Source: Woeseia sp. (GTDB lineage Bacteria > Pseudomonadota > Gammaproteobacteria > Steroidobacterales > Woeseiaceae). From it: a DNA stretch of 64,000 nucleotides. Below the pieces are notes generated by a model. The model ran no database searches. It had not been told where the DNA came from and worked only from the letters and a program-made list of their open reading frames with translations. Made by a program: the position numbers and the translations under genes. The stretch is taken from positions 17,842 through 81,841 of the forward strand of contig JBBDXW010000053.1 in NCBI GenBank assembly GCA_040902105.1. The letters run 5' to 3'. Of this stretch, positions 56,715-64,000 are shown piece after piece (within the stretch, counting starts at the first letter, position 1; each line of letters opens with the position of its first letter).

Positions 56715-57239
56715 TTAGTTGGTGTATTTGATTTCCACGCGACGGTTCTGCGCATACGACTCGTCATCGCTGCCCATCGCGGCGGGACGCTCCTCGCCGA
56801 AACTGACCGTAGAAATCTGCTCTGCAGTCGCTCCCTGAATCAACAGCATGCGCCGTACTGCCTGGGAACGCCGCTCTCCAAGCCCGATATTGTACTCTCT
56901 CGAGCCGCGTTCATCGGCGTGCCCTTCGAGCCGAACTTTCGTGCGGGTATTGTTGGCGAGGTTCGACGCATGACGGGCCAGCAGGTCCGCATACTCCGGC
57001 CGGAGTTCCGACTGGTCAAAATCGAAATAGATGATCATGCCCAGTTCGCCGGCATCGAAATCGTCGCCGAACTCTTCGCCGCGGCCGAACTCGTCATCGT
57101 CCATGCCGCTCGAAGTACCTTCCTGACCCGCACCGGCGCTGTCATCGTCCATAGCCTCGGGATCGGGAATCGGCGTAGAGCCGCAACCGGCCAGCACGAG
57201 GCACAGCAAACCGATCCCGAGAAACTTGTAACCTGTCAT
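56715..57239 (-). CDS. pal: peptidoglycan-associated lipoprotein
   Basis: Lipobox LVLAGC. OmpA-like domain IIYFDFDQSELRPEY...VRLEGHADERGSREYNIGLGERR. Confidence 0.95.
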   Translation of the reverse strand: MTGYKFLGIGLLCLVLAGCGSTPIPDPEAMDDDSAGAGQEGTSSGMDDDEFGRGEEFGDDFDAGELGMIIYFDFDQSELRPEYADLLARHASNLANNTRTKVRLEGHADERGSREYNIGLGERRSQAVRRMLLIQGATAEQISTVSFGEERPAAMGSDDESYAQNRRVEIKYTN

Positions 57240-57337
57240 GTCGATATCCTTTGCGAAGTGTTTTCGAAGCGGAACGACTGAGCCGATTCCGACTTATATT
57301 TCAACTAATTATAGTACTTCATTAATGTAAAGTCTTG

Positions 57338-58669
57338 TCACTGGTCAAGGGAGAACGGCGACCATACCGGCTCGCGAACATCGCCTCGGCCCGGTGCGAG
57401 CCGCTGTCGCACCAGACCGTCCGCCGATACGGTTTCCAGCACCCCCTTGCCCCCCTGCCGAGTCGCATAAATCAGCGTATCGCTGTTCGGCGCGAAGCTC
57501 GGCGACTCGTCCTGCTGGCCGGCCGACAACACCAGCACATCCCGCTGTTCGAGATCCATGACCGCGATCCGGAAATTGCCCCGGTCGTTGTGCACCGTCG
57601 CAAGCTTGCCGCCGTCCGGCGACAGCCTTGGTCGCGCATTATAACTGCCTTCGAAGGTGACGCGCTCAGGTGTGCCGCCGTCGACGCCGACACGATACAC
57701 CTGCGGACCGCCGCTTCGGTCCGAGGTGAAGTAGATTTGCCGGCCGTCGGGCGACCAGCTGCCCTCTGTATCGATCGCCCGATTCGTCGTCAGACGCTTG
57801 ACGTTCCGCGATGCCAGGTCCATGACGTGAATATCGAGATTGCCGTCCGCGCCTCCCAGCGTCAACGCGAGCAGCCGGCCATCCGGCGAAAAGGACGGCG
57901 AGCCGTTGATGCCCGGGCGGTTAGACACCTGGATGCGATTGCCCGTGCGCAATGTTTGCACGAAGATGGACGATGCATTGCCCTCGAACGACACGTATGC
58001 GAGACGCCGGCTGTCGGGGGACCACGCCGGCGACATGATCGGGTCGGGCGACTCCATGATCGTGTGCTCGTTTTCGCCGTCCGCATCGGACACGACCAGT
58101 GCATAGGTCTGTCCATTGTCTGTCCGCTGTGCCGTGACATACGCAATCTGCGTCGCGAACACGCCCTTGATGCCGGTCAGTTCCTCGTAAATCATATCGG
58201 CCGCGCGATGAGCCGCCATGCGCAGCGTGCCGCCGCTCGCAGGCATGCGGTAACCGACGAGCTGTTCTCCGCGAAACACGTCAAAAAGCTGGAACTGCAG
58301 GCTGTAGGCGCTTTCGGCGGATTGCGTCAGTTTGCCGACCACGACCGCCTCGACGGCGAGGATGGACCAGTCGTCGAAGTCAATGTCGGCCCCGGCGGTC
58401 GGCTTTTGCAGCATGTCGCTCTCATCGATGGGCGCGAACCGGCCGCTGCGCTGCAAATCCGCGGCGATAACACCCGCGACGTCGAGCGGTGCGGAACCCG
58501 TGGTGCCTTCCCAGCCGAACGGGACGACGGCGACCGGCGCCTGGTTACCGGCGCCGCGGGTGATCTGGATATCGAGTTCCGCAAGCGCGTCCGCACCGGC
58601 AAGAAACGTCACCAGCAAGAGGGAAAAACGCCCTGTGAGGTTTTTTCGCATGGTTGATTTCCGTCGCAT
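57338..58669 (-). CDS. tolB: Tol-Pal system beta-propeller protein TolB
   Basis: 443 aa. Signal peptide, then repeated ..SPAWSPDG.., ..SPSFSPDG.., ..WSPDGRQIYF.. blades. The start could be ATG 58651. Confidence 0.95.
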   Translation of the reverse strand: MRRKSTMRKNLTGRFSLLLVTFLAGADALAELDIQITRGAGNQAPVAVVPFGWEGTTGSAPLDVAGVIAADLQRSGRFAPIDESDMLQKPTAGADIDFDDWSILAVEAVVVGKLTQSAESAYSLQFQLFDVFRGEQLVGYRMPASGGTLRMAAHRAADMIYEELTGIKGVFATQIAYVTAQRTDNGQTYALVVSDADGENEHTIMESPDPIMSPAWSPDSRRLAYVSFEGNASSIFVQTLRTGNRIQVSNRPGINGSPSFSPDGRLLALTLGGADGNLDIHVMDLASRNVKRLTTNRAIDTEGSWSPDGRQIYFTSDRSGGPQVYRVGVDGGTPERVTFEGSYNARPRLSPDGGKLATVHNDRGNFRIAVMDLEQRDVLVLSAGQQDESPSFAPNSDTLIYATRQGGKGVLETVSADGLVRQRLAPGRGDVREPVWSPFSLDQ

Positions 58670-58744
58670 CCTTTTCAGATTCCTTGGTGAATGTCCCTGG
58701 TATATGTCCCCGGTATGTCCCGGTGGGCCCGTTCCCGCGAGGCC

Positions 58745-59617
58745 CTATTGTTCAGGTTCGAAGGTGATGCGCAAGTTTCTGTCGAACAGCGCGGGATTCT
58801 CCGGTTCCGGCAACGGCGACGCCTTGTAGACCGCCGCCTCTATGGAACGTTGCACGGCAGCGTCTCCATTGCAAGACGCGATGGTCACGCCGACCACCTC
58901 GCCGCCCGGAAGCTGCCGCACTTCAACCACGCATTTCAGGCCCGGCACTGCGCTCGCAGGGCGTATCCATGCCTGCTGTATCGATTGCTGGATTGCGAAG
59001 CGGTATCGGGCAAGTTCGCCTGAATCCAGAGCGTCGAGCAGACGCTGTTCTTCGGCCAGCTCCGCTTCGAATTGCTGCTGCTGCTCGGCGTCCTCGGCTT
59101 CGCGGCGTTTGCGTTCGTTCTCCAGCCGTTGCCGTTCGATGTCCTCGAGGCGTTTTCTTTCGGCCTCCTGACGTTGCCGTTCGAGTTCGGCTTCCTCGCG
59201 TTTGCGTTGCTCTTCGGCTTCGCGCTGTCTTCGCTGCTGTTCAGCCTCGTCCCTCTTCTGCCGCTCTTCGGCCTCCTGCTCGAGTCGGCGTTGTTCGACA
59301 ACCTGTTGCTGCCGGATTCGTTCCTGCTCCTGTTCCAGGTCCTGTTGCCGTTTCAGGCGCTCCGCCTCGATGCGTTGCTGTTCGGCCGGGTCGGGTTCCG
59401 GCTCGGGTTCCGGCTCCTGCTCGACGGGCGGCGGCTCCACAACCCGCGGGGCTTGCTGCAGGTCGGATTCACTGACGAGTGTCGCCTGAATGGCAAGCGG
59501 CGTCGCGGGACGTGAAGGACGGGAAAAATCGAGCGCGAACACCATTGCCGCGAATATCAGCAGATGCAGCAGAACGGCCAGTAAGACCGGAACAATGTTG
59601 TAACTGTCGCGGATCAC
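58745..59617 (-). CDS. tolA: Tol-Pal system protein TolA
   Basis: GTG at 59617, just after the tolR stop. TM IVPVLLAVLLHLLIFAAMVFAL, a long E/K/R/Q-rich helical domain II, and a C-terminal TolA domain III. Confidence 0.88.
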   Translation of the reverse strand: MIRDSYNIVPVLLAVLLHLLIFAAMVFALDFSRPSRPATPLAIQATLVSESDLQQAPRVVEPPPVEQEPEPEPEPDPAEQQRIEAERLKRQQDLEQEQERIRQQQVVEQRRLEQEAEERQKRDEAEQQRRQREAEEQRKREEAELERQRQEAERKRLEDIERQRLENERKRREAEDAEQQQQFEAELAEEQRLLDALDSGELARYRFAIQQSIQQAWIRPASAVPGLKCVVEVRQLPGGEVVGVTIASCNGDAAVQRSIEAAVYKASPLPEPENPALFDRNLRITFEPEQ

Positions 59618-59630
59618 GCAGTCTGCCGTG

Positions 59631-60074
59631 TCATTCAGGGACCGGATACGTATCCAACGGGTCCGTAACGAATCCGATACTGTCGGCACCGGCTTGTTGC
59701 AACAACACCATCGCCCCGACGACATTGCCGTACGGCACTGCTCGATCGGCCTTGACGAGAATGGGCGTTTCCGGGCGACGTTCGAGGACCACCGAGGTAC
59801 GCGCGACGATCTCCTTGCTGCTGGCAGGCTTGTCCTCGTCCTCGCCGATGTTGATATACAGGTTGCCATCGACGTCGACACTGACCACGACTGGCGGATG
59901 ATTCGGCACGTCTTCGATCGGCTCGGCACCCGCCTTGGGCAACTCGACCTTGACACCCTGCGTCAACAGAGGTGCGGTCACCATGAATATGATCAGCAAA
60001 ACCAGCATCACGTCGATATAGGGCACGACGTTGATCTCGCCCATCAGCTTGCGCTTTTTTAACGGTGATGACAT
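59631..60074 (-). CDS. tolR: Tol-Pal system protein TolR (ExbD family)
   Basis: ATG at 60074 gives MSSPLKKRKLMGEINVVPYIDVMLVLLIIFMVTAPLLTQGVKVELP. Confidence 0.93.
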   Translation of the reverse strand: MSSPLKKRKLMGEINVVPYIDVMLVLLIIFMVTAPLLTQGVKVELPKAGAEPIEDVPNHPPVVVSVDVDGNLYINIGEDEDKPASSKEIVARTSVVLERRPETPILVKADRAVPYGNVVGAMVLLQQAGADSIGFVTDPLDTYPVPE

Positions 60075-60075
60075 G

Positions 60076-60765
60076 TCAGCCTGCCTTGCGCTTGGATACC
60101 GAATGCCGTTGCAGGATGCTCGAGAACTCTTCCATGAAGCCGTCGTAACGAACTTCGAGACGCCCGACCTTGTCCGCATAGCGGTTATAGGCTACGACCG
60201 CCGGAATCGCGGCAAAAAGTCCCATCGCGGTTGCAATGAGCGCTTCGGCGATGCCCGGCGCTACCATGGCGAGCGTGGCCGCCTGCGTGTTGCTGAGCCC
60301 GCGGAACGAATTCATGATGCCCCACACAGTGCCGAACAGGCCGACGTACGGGCTGGTCGAGCCGATCGTGGCAAGCGTCGCAAGCCCCTGCTCCAGCCGG
60401 TCGACTTCGCGCATCATCCCTACCCGCATCGCGCGCCGGCACTCCTCTACCAGCTTGTCCGGCTGCACGTCATGCTGCTGAATGCCCCGATTGAATTCGC
60501 GAAAACCGGATTCGAAAATGCTCGCCATGCCGACACTGCCGCCTTTTTGCCTGTCTGCGGCACGATAAAGTGTCTGCAGGTCGCCGCCCGACCAGAAATT
60601 CGCTTCGAACGTGTCGGAGGCGGCCTTGGTGCGCTGGATGAGGCGTCTCTTGGTGAAGATGATGCTCCAGGAAACGAAAGACGCGGCAAGCAACAACAGC
60701 ATCACCAGCTTGACCGGGATGCTGGCGCCCATGATCAGGTGCAAAAACGACATATCGGGTGTCAT
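60076..60765 (-). CDS. tolQ: Tol-Pal system protein TolQ (ExbB/MotA family)
   Basis: 229 aa. ..IPVKLVMLLLLAASFVSWSIIF.. and ..GSTSPYVGLFGTVWGIMNSF.. Confidence 0.95.
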   Translation of the reverse strand: MTPDMSFLHLIMGASIPVKLVMLLLLAASFVSWSIIFTKRRLIQRTKAASDTFEANFWSGGDLQTLYRAADRQKGGSVGMASIFESGFREFNRGIQQHDVQPDKLVEECRRAMRVGMMREVDRLEQGLATLATIGSTSPYVGLFGTVWGIMNSFRGLSNTQAATLAMVAPGIAEALIATAMGLFAAIPAVVAYNRYADKVGRLEVRYDGFMEEFSSILQRHSVSKRKAG

Positions 60766-61190
60766 TGGTAGTCCTTAAATAGTGTGTCAGGCAGTCGTGC
60801 GGGTTTCAGACTGTCGGCGTCGAGATACGCTGCCCGCGTTGTGCCCCGGCAAAGCAACTCGCCATTGAGGTCCTCGCGAAAAATTTTCTGTTCGATCAGA
60901 AAACTCGCACGCGCGAGACCGGTCAGGCCGGCAGTGACGATCAGCTTGTCATTGAAACGCGCCGGCGCCAGAAAGTCAGCCTGCGTATCGACGACTACGA
61001 AAAATCGCCTTCTTTCATAAAGCAGGACATCCTGTTCGACTCCCAGCGCCCGCAACCATTCCGTGCGCGCACGCTCCATGAACTTGAAGTAATTGGCAAA
61101 ATAAACCAGCCCCTGAGCGTCGGAGTCTTCGTAATAGACGCGTACCGGCCATGCAAACGGTTGCGTGGATCTCTCACCAGAGCTCTCCAA
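60762..61190 (-). CDS. ybgC: tol-pal-associated acyl-CoA thioesterase (4HBT family)
   Basis: 142 aa. ..WPVRVYYEDSDAQGLVYFANYFKFMERARTEWLRALG.. hotdog fold. First gene of the tol cluster. Confidence 0.9.
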   Translation of the reverse strand: MESSGERSTQPFAWPVRVYYEDSDAQGLVYFANYFKFMERARTEWLRALGVEQDVLLYERRRFFVVVDTQADFLAPARFNDKLIVTAGLTGLARASFLIEQKIFREDLNGELLCRGTTRAAYLDADSLKPARLPDTLFKDYQ

Positions 61191-61201
61191 GGGGCAGTGA
61201 C

Positions 61202-62251
61202 TCAGGAGTCGGGAAACAAGGGCAATTCCGGCAGCACCTCGCGCGCCGGCGGCGCCAGGCCGAAATGCAGGTAGGCATTGCGCGTGGCAACGCGGCCGCG
61301 CGCAGTACGCATCATGAAACCCTGCTGAATCAGGTACGGTTCAAGCACGTCTTCAATCGTGCCGCGTTCTTCGCCGACCGCGGCCGCAAGGCTCTCGATT
61401 CCGACCGGCCCGCCGTCGAACTTGTCGATAATGGTGTGCAGCAGGCGGCGATCCATGGCATCGAAGCCGTTCGGATCCACCGCCAGCATATCCATCGCAT
61501 TGACGGCAACCTCCTCGGTCACGACGCCGTCCGCCTGCACTTCGGCAAAGTCGCGTACCCGGCGTAACAACCTGTTCACGATTCTCGCAGTGCCGCGCGC
61601 GCGGCTCGCGATCTGCAACGCACCGCCCGGCTCCAGCGGTAAATTGAGAATCCCGGCGGAGCGATGCGCGATCGCCGCGAGTTCCTCGGTGGAATAAAAT
61701 TCAAGTCGCTGCACGATGCCGAAGCGATCGCGAAGCGGCGATGTCAGCAGTCCGGCTCGCGTGGTGGCTCCGACCAGGGTGAATGGCGAAAGATCGAGCT
61801 TGATCGAGCGCGCAGCCGGGCCTTCGCCAATCACGATGTCGAGCTGGAAGTCTTCCAGTGCAGGATAAAGCACTTCCTCGACGATCGGACTCAGGCGATG
61901 GATTTCATCGACGAACAGCACATCGTTGGGTTCGAGGTTGGTCAGAATCGCCGCTAGGTCGCCCGGGCGTTCAAGCACCGGGCCGGACGTCTGCCGCAGG
62001 TTGACGCCCATCTCGAAGGCGATGATGTGCGCGAGCGTCGTTTTACCGAGCCCGGGCGGGCCGAAGATCAGGACGTGGTCGAGTGCTTCGCGCCGGTTTC
62101 TTGCTGCAGTGATGAAAATCTCCATCTGCTGCTTGACGCTCGGCTGGCCGACGAATTCGGTTAGCGTCTTCGGCCGGATCGCCCGGTCGAAGACGCGATC
62201 GTCGGCGCGCGGCGCGGCGCTGGTCAGGCGATCGCGTTCGATGGCGGTCAT
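61202..62251 (-). CDS. ruvB: Holliday junction branch migration helicase RuvB
   Basis: 349 aa. Walker [12 protein letters not shown], Walker [10 protein letters not shown]. Confidence 0.97.
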   Translation of the reverse strand: MTAIERDRLTSAAPRADDRVFDRAIRPKTLTEFVGQPSVKQQMEIFITAARNRREALDHVLIFGPPGLGKTTLAHIIAFEMGVNLRQTSGPVLERPGDLAAILTNLEPNDVLFVDEIHRLSPIVEEVLYPALEDFQLDIVIGEGPAARSIKLDLSPFTLVGATTRAGLLTSPLRDRFGIVQRLEFYSTEELAAIAHRSAGILNLPLEPGGALQIASRARGTARIVNRLLRRVRDFAEVQADGVVTEEVAVNAMDMLAVDPNGFDAMDRRLLHTIIDKFDGGPVGIESLAAAVGEERGTIEDVLEPYLIQQGFMMRTARGRVATRNAYLHFGLAPPAREVLPELPLFPDS

Positions 62252-62254
62252 CGA

Positions 62255-62845
62255 TTAGCCTGCGGCTTGCCGCAATGCGGAACGGATGATGTCTTCAGCC
62301 GATTTGTCTTCAACGTCGAGTTGTCCAAGCAGCCGTTTCACTTCCAGAGGCTTGTAGCCCAGCGCGACCAGCGCGTCAAATGCCTCGCTGCGCGCATCGG
62401 TTCGTCCCGGGCGACCCGACGCCGACCTGGGCAACACCGCTTGCTGGTCAACTCGATCGCGCATCTCGATAATGAGGCGCTCCGCTGTCTTGCGCCCCAC
62501 TCCCGGGATCTTGATCAGCATCGCGCTGTCTTCGTGCAAGACGGTGCGATGAAAATCGGCGACACTCATGCCGGATAGTATTGCCAACGCCATTTTCGCA
62601 CCGACGCCGCTGACCTTGAGCAATGCGCGGAAAAGCACCTTTTCTTCCTCGCTCGCGAAGCCGAACAGCGATTGTGCGTCCTCCCTGACGTGCAGATGCG
62701 TATGCAAAAAAATGTCCGCACCGACTTTCGGCAGATCCAGGAACGTCGACATCGGCGTTTCGATTTCGTAGCCGACGCCGGAACATTCGACGATGATCCT
62801 GGGCGGCTGTTTTAAGGCCAGCCTGCCGCGTATGGAACCGATCAT
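62255..62845 (-). CDS. ruvA: Holliday junction DNA-binding protein RuvA
   Basis: MIGSIRGRLALKQPPRIIVECSGVGYEIETPMSTF.., HhH motifs (VSGVGAKMALAILS, IPGVGRKTAERL). Confidence 0.96.
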   Translation of the reverse strand: MIGSIRGRLALKQPPRIIVECSGVGYEIETPMSTFLDLPKVGADIFLHTHLHVREDAQSLFGFASEEEKVLFRALLKVSGVGAKMALAILSGMSVADFHRTVLHEDSAMLIKIPGVGRKTAERLIIEMRDRVDQQAVLPRSASGRPGRTDARSEAFDALVALGYKPLEVKRLLGQLDVEDKSAEDIIRSALRQAAG

Positions 62846-63375
62846 CGCAACCCTGCGATGGCGGCTGCGCCGGCCAGGCGCGCATGCAACCGCCGCTGAT
62901 GACCGTGACAGAGCGCCGCAGCAAGTGCATCCGCGGCATCGGGCGACGGGGCGCCCTGTAAATGCAGCAACACCCTGACCATGTGCTGAACCTGCTCCTT
63001 GGTCGCCGCGCCGCTGCCGACCAGCGCTTGTTTGATTTCACGGGGGGCATATTCGTACACGGCGACGTCCAGACCGAAGGTCGCGCACAAGGCCGCAGAG
63101 CGGGCCTGGCCGAGCTTAAGCGCGCTCATCGCGTTGCGGTGTACGAAGATACTCTCGATGACCACGGCATCCGGATGGTATTCGGCGGCGATCTCGGCGA
63201 CCGAGCGAAAGATCAGGCGAAGACGCGCCGCGAAATTGCCGTCGACGCTGCGCACCGAGCCGCTGGCAACATAACAGGCGCGGTCGTCCTCGAAGTCAAG
63301 CACGCCGAAGCCCGTAATCCGCGAGCCGGGATCGATGCCTAGTATCCGTTGTCGCTCAGCCAATGCCTGCCTCAA
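62842..63375 (-). CDS. ruvC: crossover junction endodeoxyribonuclease RuvC
   Basis: ..RILGIDPGSRITGFGVLD...VVIESIFV..NAMSALKLGQARSAAL.. Confidence 0.95.
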   Translation of the reverse strand: MRQALAERQRILGIDPGSRITGFGVLDFEDDRACYVASGSVRSVDGNFAARLRLIFRSVAEIAAEYHPDAVVIESIFVHRNAMSALKLGQARSAALCATFGLDVAVYEYAPREIKQALVGSGAATKEQVQHMVRVLLHLQGAPSPDAADALAAALCHGHQRRLHARLAGAAAIAGLR

Positions 63376-64000
63376 AGCTGCGACAGCAAGTCGTCGCCGA
63401 TTTCTGCGTTGCTGTAAACATTCTGCACGTCATCGAGATCTTCCAGCATTTCGAGCAGCTTGATCATGGAGCCGGCTTCCTCCAGGCCGAGTTCGATGCT
63501 CGTTGCCGCCCACATCGTCAGCTCGGCGCTCTCGGGCGCAAATCCTGCCTGGCGCATGGCGTCGCGCACCGCTTCGAATTCAAGTGGGTCCGTCAGCACC
63601 TGGATCGACTTATCTTCGTCGACCACGATGTCCTCGGCGCCCGCTTCAATCGCGGCGGCCAGGATTGCTTCTTCGTCGCTGCCTGGCGGATAGGACAGCA
63701 GTCCGGCATGATTGAACAGATAATTCACCGAGCCGTCAGCGCCCAGATTGCCGCCGAATTTGGAGAACGCATGCCGCACGTCTGCGACGGTGCGGTTGCG
63801 GTTGTCCGTCATGCAATCAACCATGATCGCGGTGCCCCCGGGACCGTATCCCTCGTAGCGTATTTCCTGATAGGCCGTTCCGTCCATTTCACCGGCGCCG
63901 CGCTTGATCGCGCGGTCGATGTTGTCCTTCGGCACGCTGTGTGATCTGGCCTTGTCCACGGCAAGCCGCAAACGCGGATTCGACCCGATGTCGCTGCCGC
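63372..64000 (-). CDS. yebC: YebC/PmpR-family transcriptional regulator, 5-prime end beyond window
   Basis: ..RLAVDKARSHSVPKDNIDRAIKRGAGEMDGTAYQEIRYEGYGPGGTAIMVDCMTDNRNRTVADVRHAFSK.. The frame remains open to position 64000 (GSNPRLRL..). Confidence 0.93.
   Translation of the reverse strand, partial: GSDIGSNPRLRLAVDKARSHSVPKDNIDRAIKRGAGEMDGTAYQEIRYEGYGPGGTAIMVDCMTDNRNRTVADVRHAFSKFGGNLGADGSVNYLFNHAGLLSYPPGSDEEAILAAAIEAGAEDIVVDEDKSIQVLTDPLEFEAVRDAMRQAGFAPESAELTMWAATSIELGLEEAGSMIKLLEMLEDLDDVQNVYSNAEIGDDLLSQL

Noticed and set aside
58990-59420. Highly repetitive E/K/R/Q-coding DNA that also generates several overlapping track ORFs.
   Set aside because: This is the normal helical domain II of TolA, not a separate repeat element or gene.
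1-64000. CRISPR arrays, rRNA genes, complete IS elements or transposases, and prophage structural genes.
   Set aside because: None were seen on either strand. The only recombinase signal is the integrase fragment at 11278-11568.

Overview
This is a GC-rich segment with gammaproteobacterial gene order, and most of it is core housekeeping genes.

**Main gene blocks, left to right**
- A regulated uptake/catabolic cluster: PaaK-like ligase, VOC enzyme, TonB-dependent receptor, citrate-synthase-like protein, hydrolase and an IclR regulator.
- dsbA.
- pgsA-uvrC-UDG, then icd, aceB, rluE and a class II DAHP synthase.
- A saccharopine dehydrogenase/ALDH7 pair.
- NfeD-SPFH.
- A PhoPQ-like two-component system with PepSY and YcfJ-like genes.
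- mazG, nudix and fumC.
- purB-(unknown)-nudix-mnmA.
- acnA, DUF2333 and YgjP-like genes.
- A secreted beta-helix protein next to an ABC-2 exporter, then tatD.
- A DUF1538-DUF1538-PII-CBS module followed by a CNNM/CorC gene.
- A NERD protein.
- thrABC behind tRNA-Lys.
- ybgC-tolQRAB-pal-cpoB, ruvCAB and yebC.

**Accessory region.** The only clearly accessory stretch is about 7.2-12.7 kb, around tRNA-Gly(GCC). It holds a C-terminal integrase fragment and a mosaic of toxin-antitoxin modules. Every recognisable toxin there is truncated, frameshifted or deleted, while the antitoxin genes look intact. It also carries a 32-codon cobW-like fragment, a ferritin-like diiron gene and a small Cys-rich gene built on a hexanucleotide repeat. 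An intact vapBC pair sits on the other side of the tRNA.

**Repeats.** Several families of long intergenic palindromes occur. REP pairs bracket aceB. There are 18-bp and 28-bp inverted repeats. A 191-bp nested palindrome lies between cpoB and the tRNA-Lys promoter.

**Candidate undescribed system.** The best candidate I can see is the translationally coupled DUF1538 x2 + PII-like + CBS module at 46.3-48.6 kb. I see no CRISPR array, no rRNA and no complete mobile element.

**Limits.** All family calls come from reading the translations. Coordinates not taken from the ORF track were counted by hand and may be off by a few bases. The ORF track appears to render GTG and TTG starts as M, so several starts were moved downstream.
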